Assembly: GCA_963806185.1 (NCBI GenBank) | Contig: CAWDXE010000005.1 | Location: 192,001-256,000, forward strand | Reading direction: 5' to 3' | DNA from: an uncultured candidate division Zixibacteria bacterium | GTDB taxonomy: Bacteria > Zixibacteria > MSB-5A5 > GN15 > FEB-12 | Length of the DNA: 64,000 bases | Part shown: piece by piece, positions 58,343-64,000 of the stretch | How positions within the stretch are numbered: the stretch's first letter is position 1 | Layout of the letters: the number at the start of each line of letters is the position of its first letter | The notes under the pieces: model-generated | What the model was told of the DNA's origin: nothing | Seen by the model: the letters and a program-made list of their open reading frames with translations, nothing else | Databases searched by the model: none | Translations under genes and position numbers: made by a program

Positions 58343-61300
58343 TCAAATCTCAGCTGCCGATTTCTTGCCGAAGAGCGAATACAGGACCGGCAGGATAATC
58401 AGCGTCAGGGCGGTCGACGTGAGAATGCCGCCAACGACTACGGTGGCCAGCGGCCTCTGAACCTCCGCGCCGAAGCCACCGGAGAACGCCATCGGGCAGA
58501 ATCCAATGGCCGCCACCAGGGCCGTCATGAGAACGGGACGAAGCCTCACCATCGCTGCCTCGGAAATGGCCGAGTCCAAGTCACGGCCGTCGGAACGACT
58601 GCGTTTGATCTGCGATACCAGGACCAGGCCGTTGAGGACGGCAAGCCCGGAAAGCGTGATGAAGCCGACTCCGGCGGAGATGGAAAATGGCAGCCCGCGC
58701 GCCATGAGAGCAGCCATGCCGCCGATGGCGGCAAGCGGAACGCCGCTGAAGATGAGCAGCGCGTCCCGCAATGAACCATAGGTCATGTACAGTAGCCCCA
58801 TAATCAGAACCAGCGCCAGTGGCACAACTATTGCCAGCCGCAACTGGGCTCGTTCCATGTTTTGGAATTGCCCGCCGAATTGCACGTAGTAACCGGGCTC
58901 AAATTTGACGTCGCGGTCGATCCGCCCGCGCAGTTCGTCGACAAACGACCCGACGTCGCGCCCACGGACATTGCACTGTACCACGGCCCGTCGTTTCCCC
59001 CACTCCCGCGTAATGGTAGCGTACCCTTCCGTGAGCTGCGGCTGAGCGATCCGATCGAGCGTGACTATGGCTCCGTCATTCCCACGGAGCGGTATCAATT
59101 CAATGTCCTCGGGCGACGAGGCCCAGGCGCTGTCTAATTTCAGCACGAGGTCAAACCGTCGCTGCCCTTCAAATACTTCACCGACCGTCGTACCCCCCAG
59201 CGCCTGGATATACGATAGCACTTCGTTGGCCGGAATGCCGAATCGCGCCGATTCGACCCGATCCACCGCCAGCCGTAATTGCGGCTGGCCGGTCATCTGC
59301 TCCACTGAGACGTCGGCACTGCCTCGGACCTGCGAGGCAAGCTGGGCGATCTCGTCGGCCTTTACGCGAAGCATTTCAAGATCATCCCCGAACACTTTGA
59401 TGCCCACGTCGGAGCGAATCCCGGCGATCATCTCGTTCACGCGCATCTCAATCGGCTGAATGTACAGCTTGTTCATACCGGGCAGGTCGACCAACTCCCG
59501 ATCGATAGCCGCCACCAGTTCATCCTGGCTCCGGGCTTTCTTCCACGCCTCGCGCGGGGTAAGGGTGATGAACATATCGGTCAGTTCGATTCCCATCGGG
59601 TCGGTCGAGAGCTCGGCCGTCCCCGTGCGCGACCAGATGTCGGCTATTTCATCCGGGAATTGCTTCAGCAGCAGTTGTTCCACCCTGGTGCTGTAGTCCA
59701 CTGATTGCGGCAGTGACACGCCCGCCAGCCGAACCGTGTTGATGACGATGGTTCCTTCATTCAGCCGGGGAATGAACTCCTTGCCGATTCGCGAGAACAT
59801 TACAGCGCCAATCAGCATGAGTACGATCGAAGCAATGCTTATCGCCGCCCGGTTGCGGAGCGCCCAGTGCAAAGCCGGCCGGTAGGCGCGCTGTGCCAAG
59901 CGAACCAGAAACGGCTCACGGTCCGAGCTAGGTTTCTTTAGGAATGTGGCCACGAGAGCAGGAATGACCGTAAACGACAGAATCAGTGCTCCGATGAGCA
60001 CGAAAACGACGGTCAGCGCCATCGGGCGGAACATCTTCCCTTCCACGCCTTCAAGCGTCAGGATCGGGAGATAAACGAGGATGATGATCAACTCACCGAA
60101 CAACGTCGGTTTGCGTACCTCCAGGATAGCATCGCGAATGATCTCCAGTCGATTGCGCCCGGATTTGTCGTGCGAGAGGTGCCTCAGGGAATTCTCCACC
60201 TGAATGACGGCGTTGTCGACCGCCAGACCGAAGTCGATCGCCCCCAGGCTCATCAGACTACCGACAATCCCTACCCTCGTCATGGCGTCGAAAGCGAAGA
60301 GCATTGACAGCGGAATGGAAGAGGCCGCGATAAGCCCGGCGCGAAAATTCCCCATGAAGAGGAACAGAATCGCCACTACCAGAGCGGCACCGTACAGCAG
60401 GTTATCACGGACGGTATGCAGGATCCTGTCCACCAATTCGGTGCGTACGTAAACCGGGCGCAACTCAACATTCTCGGGCAGGGATTTCTTCACCTCTTCG
60501 AGTCTGGCCGCCAGCCTCGCGGCTACGTCATGCGAATTCTCCCCGGTGATCATGAAACCAAGTCCCAGCACAACCTCGCCCAAACCGCCGGCGGTCGAGG
60601 CGCCGCGACGGATTTCGTGACCGACGACCACCTCGGCGACATCTCTCACCTGAAGGGGCAATCCGCCGCGAGTACCGATTACCAGGGCCTCAATCTCATC
60701 GCGCGTCGTGACCTGTCCCAATCCCTGAACCACCGTCTGTTCGCCGCCGCGCACCATGGTCCCGCCGGAAACGTTTCCCAGACTCTCGCGCAAGGATTCG
60801 GCGACGTCATGGAGACTCAGATTGAATTGCACAAGCCGGTTTGGATCGACGAGAATCTGAAATTGCTTTTCGAAGCCGCCCCAGGTGTTGATCTCGGCCA
60901 CACCCGCCACGGCCTGCAATTGCGGTTTGATGATCCATTCCTGCACGGTTCGCGCTTCGGTCGGATCGGCTGATCTGGCGATGACCAGGTAATGGAAGAT
61001 TTCGCCGAGTCCGGTCGAAACCGGCCCCAGTTCCGGTCGAGGCAGACCGTCGGGCAATTGCACGCTGACAAGCCGCTCCGTCACCTGCTGGCGAGCCTGA
61101 TAGACGTCGATCTTATCATCGAATATGAGCGTGACGTTGCTCAGCCCGAATTTCGAGATGGACCGAACTTCCTGAAGTCCGGTGAGACCGGACAATTCAC
61201 GCTCAATCGGGTAGGTGATTTGGCGTTCGATTTCCTCGGGGGCCCATCCGACCGCCTCGGCGTTGACCTGAACCATGACGGGTGTCGTATCGGGAAAGGC

Positions 61301-61411
61301 GTCAAACGGCAGGCGCAGGAACGCCAGCGTGCCGACAACGACCAGCAATCCGGCCAGCGTCAATACGAAATACCTTCGCCGGATGGCGAATTCGACAATG
61401 AATGTTAACAT
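58343..61411 (-). CDS. czcA: CzcA/CusA-family heavy-metal RND efflux permease
   Basis: DAFPDTT, EIERQITYPIE, TGLGEI, SLGAIDFGLAVDNAVIQVEN, RLRPVLMTA, GAEVQRPLATVVVGG. Confidence 0.93.
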   Translation of the reverse strand: MLTFIVEFAIRRRYFVLTLAGLLVVVGTLAFLRLPFDAFPDTTPVMVQVNAEAVGWAPEEIERQITYPIERELSGLTGLQEVRSISKFGLSNVTLIFDDKIDVYQARQQVTERLVSVQLPDGLPRPELGPVSTGLGEIFHYLVIARSADPTEARTVQEWIIKPQLQAVAGVAEINTWGGFEKQFQILVDPNRLVQFNLSLHDVAESLRESLGNVSGGTMVRGGEQTVVQGLGQVTTRDEIEALVIGTRGGLPLQVRDVAEVVVGHEIRRGASTAGGLGEVVLGLGFMITGENSHDVAARLAARLEEVKKSLPENVELRPVYVRTELVDRILHTVRDNLLYGAALVVAILFLFMGNFRAGLIAASSIPLSMLFAFDAMTRVGIVGSLMSLGAIDFGLAVDNAVIQVENSLRHLSHDKSGRNRLEIIRDAILEVRKPTLFGELIIILVYLPILTLEGVEGKMFRPMALTVVFVLIGALILSFTVIPALVATFLKKPSSDREPFLVRLAQRAYRPALHWALRNRAAISIASIVLMLIGAVMFSRIGKEFIPRLNEGTIVINTVRLAGVSLPQSVDYSTRVEQLLLKQFPDEIADIWSRTGTAELSTDPMGIELTDMFITLTPREAWKKARSQDELVAAIDRELVDLPGMNKLYIQPIEMRVNEMIAGIRSDVGIKVFGDDLEMLRVKADEIAQLASQVRGSADVSVEQMTGQPQLRLAVDRVESARFGIPANEVLSYIQALGGTTVGEVFEGQRRFDLVLKLDSAWASSPEDIELIPLRGNDGAIVTLDRIAQPQLTEGYATITREWGKRRAVVQCNVRGRDVGSFVDELRGRIDRDVKFEPGYYVQFGGQFQNMERAQLRLAIVVPLALVLIMGLLYMTYGSLRDALLIFSGVPLAAIGGMAALMARGLPFSISAGVGFITLSGLAVLNGLVLVSQIKRSRSDGRDLDSAISEAAMVRLRPVLMTALVAAIGFCPMAFSGGFGAEVQRPLATVVVGGILTSTALTLIILPVLYSLFGKKSAAEI

Positions 61412-61421
61412 GCTCCCCCGC

Positions 61422-62894
61422 CTACTTCGCATCAACTTCGCAACAACCGGCGCCAAGGCTCGACTTGCGAAGTTCCGTTTTCAGCAGATAGCTGCCGTTG
61501 ACCACGATCGATTCGCCGACTTCGACTCCGCTCACCACCTGATAATACCGGTTATCACCGCGTGCCAAGGTGACCTTGCGCGGGCGAAACCGGTCGGCCG
61601 CTTCCTGCACGAAGACGACATTGCAGCACCCCTCCCATTGCACGGCATCTTTCGGCACAAGTACCGGCGTAAAGGATGGATTGACCTCGATGGTCATGCG
61701 CCCGAAATTGTTGGCGCGAAGATTGCGCGATGGCTGGGCGAGGCGGGCACGGACGACCCCGGTGCGGGTGGCCTCGTCGAGATACTGAGCGACCCAGATC
61801 ACTTCGCCGGCCACGTTGCCGAGCGTGCCGTCACTGGAAAACGACACCGATTGCCCGACATGTATATCACTCAATTCGTGCTCTCGCATGTGGGCTTCGA
61901 GCCAGAGTGCCTTCGGATCACCTGTCAGGGCAAGGGTAGCACCGGCTTCAAGCTGTTCCCCCAGAGGGGCGCGGCGTTCCAACAGAGAGCCGGTGACTGA
62001 CGAACGCACAATCCAGCGCGGCGATACATCATTCGTCTCGGCCAGCCGATTGATGTCCTCGCGAGTCATGCCGGCCGAGCGCAGCAACCCTTCGCTATTA
62101 AGCACTCTTGATCGGGATACGTCCGCGACTGCTGCCAATGATTCATATTCGGCCCGACTGATATGACCGCGTGCGACCAGCGAGTCGGCTCGACGGCGAT
62201 TGTTTTCCGCCACGACGCCGTCGGCGCGTGCTTCAAGAAAATTGGCCTGCAGAGTGGCCATCTCCGGCGATTGGAGTTCGGCGATTGCTTGTCCTTCGGC
62301 AAGAAGGTCTCCCGGTTCGGCGAGCCAGTGCATGACGGTGGCGTCAATGGTGCTCGAGATGATGACCAGTTTGGTTTCGTCAAAACGTGTTTCGGCCGGA
62401 GCGGAGATCATGGTCGCAGCCGACCCGCGAATCGCCGCTTCAACAGTCAAGCCGGCGCGGGAAGATGTTTCTACCGAGGCAAATTGAATCGTAGCATTGT
62501 TCGTGGCGCAATCTTCGGCATTGGGATGCAGAAAGATGCTGGTCACAATCGGCTTCGCCTCGATGACGATCTCCGGTTCCTGCATGAAACGAAGGCGCGG
62601 ATTACAGACACGGCAATGCGATTCCGGCAGGTTGTGCTCCCCGCACCAGTCGTCTCGATCCTGAAAAGCCGTCACCAGTTCCGGATGACAGCGCGTACAT
62701 TGCGATTCCGGTACGCGATGTTCGGCGCACCAGTCGTTCATATCCATCGGAACGGTCTGCGAGGCGTGTTCGGCGTCTATGCCCGGCTGCTCGAGCGCCT
62801 TGCGGGCGTCGCCGGTCAGGCTGATGATGCCGATGCCCAGCAGGACACCGACGATGAGCATCAAGAGCAACGGAATGTAATTTCGTTTGTTCAC
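61422..62894 (-). CDS. czcB: RND periplasmic adaptor (CzcB/CusB-like) with N-terminal tandem metal-binding repeats
   Basis: GTG start after GGGAG; membrane anchor; WCAEHRVPESQCTRCHP and WCGEHNLPESHCRVCNP; LDEATRT, VPKDAV, IVVNGSYLL. Confidence 0.88.
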   Translation of the reverse strand: MNKRNYIPLLLMLIVGVLLGIGIISLTGDARKALEQPGIDAEHASQTVPMDMNDWCAEHRVPESQCTRCHPELVTAFQDRDDWCGEHNLPESHCRVCNPRLRFMQEPEIVIEAKPIVTSIFLHPNAEDCATNNATIQFASVETSSRAGLTVEAAIRGSAATMISAPAETRFDETKLVIISSTIDATVMHWLAEPGDLLAEGQAIAELQSPEMATLQANFLEARADGVVAENNRRRADSLVARGHISRAEYESLAAVADVSRSRVLNSEGLLRSAGMTREDINRLAETNDVSPRWIVRSSVTGSLLERRAPLGEQLEAGATLALTGDPKALWLEAHMREHELSDIHVGQSVSFSSDGTLGNVAGEVIWVAQYLDEATRTGVVRARLAQPSRNLRANNFGRMTIEVNPSFTPVLVPKDAVQWEGCCNVVFVQEAADRFRPRKVTLARGDNRYYQVVSGVEVGESIVVNGSYLLKTELRKSSLGAGCCEVDAK

Positions 62895-63008
62895 AGTATT
62901 CTCCCGACCGGACGTACCGGCCATCAATTTGGCAAGTCAGCCTCGCGGAATGAGGCAACTTGAATTCTTCTGACGTTGATTAGGCGCGCCTTGACGTGGC
63001 GCTGGAAT

Positions 63009-63311
63009 TCAACAGGAGACGGTTTTGGGAGGACGATCGAGGGAACGTTCGAGGTCGGCGAAGATGACGAATTGCGAAAGCAAGTCGGTTGTCCCGACAA
63101 TCGGATCCTCGGCCTGAAGAATGGATTGCACACCGGCCCAACTGACAAGTTGTACGCCATGACAGCAGACAAAGTCGGTGCAACAGCTACCGTCCGCGTC
63201 GGGGCACCCGGCACAACAGGACCCCGGTTCATCCTGCAACGGAGCAGCCATAGCCACCGCGCCGGCTATCAGCAGGAGGGCGGTAATAAGTATGGTGGCA
63301 GCTCTTTTCAT
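63009..63311 (-). CDS. Small Cys-rich signal-peptide ORF ending in RPP (CzcI/DUF2946-like)
   Basis: MKRAATILITALLL...SCCAGC..SCC..VCCH...LDRPPK; first gene before czcBA. Confidence 0.65.
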   Translation of the reverse strand: MKRAATILITALLLIAGAVAMAAPLQDEPGSCCAGCPDADGSCCTDFVCCHGVQLVSWAGVQSILQAEDPIVGTTDLLSQFVIFADLERSLDRPPKTVSC

Positions 63312-63331
63312 AGGTTTGTCTGGTTTCCGTG

Positions 63332-63361
63332 ATAATATACGCGATTAGTCCAACATGGCAA
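63332..63361 (-). promoter_or_regulatory. Putative sigma70 promoter of the efflux operon
   Basis: TTGCCA-N16-TATATT, or N18-TATTAT. Confidence 0.5.
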
Positions 63362-63415
63362 GAGGTGATTTGTTGCAGCCGACAGCACGGTCATAAGCGG
63401 TTGAAAGTTTGACGG

Positions 63416-64000
63416 TTACCCCGCTTTGGGGACGGCCGGGCGGCGAATCTGATGAACCAGTATTCCCTTTGGCTGAAGCTTGAGAAACTTCGCAATCACC
63501 CCGTAAACTTGCTCGGCGTGAGTGACCGGGCCCATATGCCCTGCGCCGAGCAGGCCACGGACCTCAATCCTGGGCAGTGATTCCCAGAGACATTGAGCGA
63601 TGGCCCGTGTCGAGGCGGGCGACCTGACACCATATAGCAGCAGAGTGGGAATATCCAAGGTGCGGTATGTCGAGATTCCGACCGTGTGTCCCATGACCGC
63701 GTCGAAGTCGGCCACTACTTTTGGCATCCGCCGGGCCACTGCCTCGCGCTGCCAGTCCTCCATTTTGTCCCAGGCATGCCCGCCCGACCAGTAATCGACA
63801 AATCTGCGACCTGCGTCGTGACAATCGTTTCGTTCGACCGACAGCCGAACGTCGTCGCGCACCGCCCGAATCTCGCGGGCCGGCGGACTCTCAGAATCAG
63901 CTTCAAGCAGGAGATTGAAGAGCACCGGTTCGTAGAGCACGAGGCTCCGGATTCGATTGGGATATGTGAAGGCGGCGGCCAGAGCGACCGCCGCACCATA
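63416..64000 (-). CDS. Alpha/beta hydrolase, 5' end outside the window
   Basis: Frame open to the edge: YGAAVAL...RIRSLVLYEP, PTLLLYG, GAGHMGP. Confidence 0.85.
   Translation of the reverse strand, partial: YGAAVALAAAFTYPNRIRSLVLYEPVLFNLLLEADSESPPAREIRAVRDDVRLSVERNDCHDAGRRFVDYWSGGHAWDKMEDWQREAVARRMPKVVADFDAVMGHTVGISTYRTLDIPTLLLYGVRSPASTRAIAQCLWESLPRIEVRGLLGAGHMGPVTHAEQVYGVIAKFLKLQPKGILVHQIRRPAVPKAG

Overview
A GC-rich bacterial chromosomal segment with about 44 protein genes and no rRNA, tRNA, CRISPR array or mobile element that I can support. The diderm gene set (lptB-rpoN-hpf, TonB-dependent receptors, a PorV/PorQ-like barrel, a secreted protein with a T9SS/FlgD-like C-terminal domain, a Ser/Thr kinase-TPR, an FN3/LRR lipoprotein) suggests an FCB-superphylum lineage such as Zixibacteria; this is inference only. 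The most notable systems are: (1) a translationally coupled three-gene operon of cNMP-binding/PAS histidine kinase, DUF3307-like membrane protein and soluble-adenylyl-cyclase-like dual cyclase-STAND-TPR protein, divergent from a lipoprotein with a sigma54-type promoter; (2) a diheme cytochrome c peroxidase coupled to a Cyc2-like fused monoheme cytochrome-porin; (3) a TonB-dependent receptor, large CTD-bearing secreted protein and PorV/PorQ-like barrel triad; (4) a CzcBA-type efflux pair with tandem WCxEH/CxxC repeats preceded by a Cys-rich RPP-ending leader ORF; (5) a multi-stem candidate RNA between rpoN and hpf. Two stretches (about 14.2-16.1 kb and 52.3-55.3 kb) and one site near 6.19 kb carry frameshifts that look like sequencing errors rather than decay. 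All family calls come from motifs recognised by eye; no database search was run.
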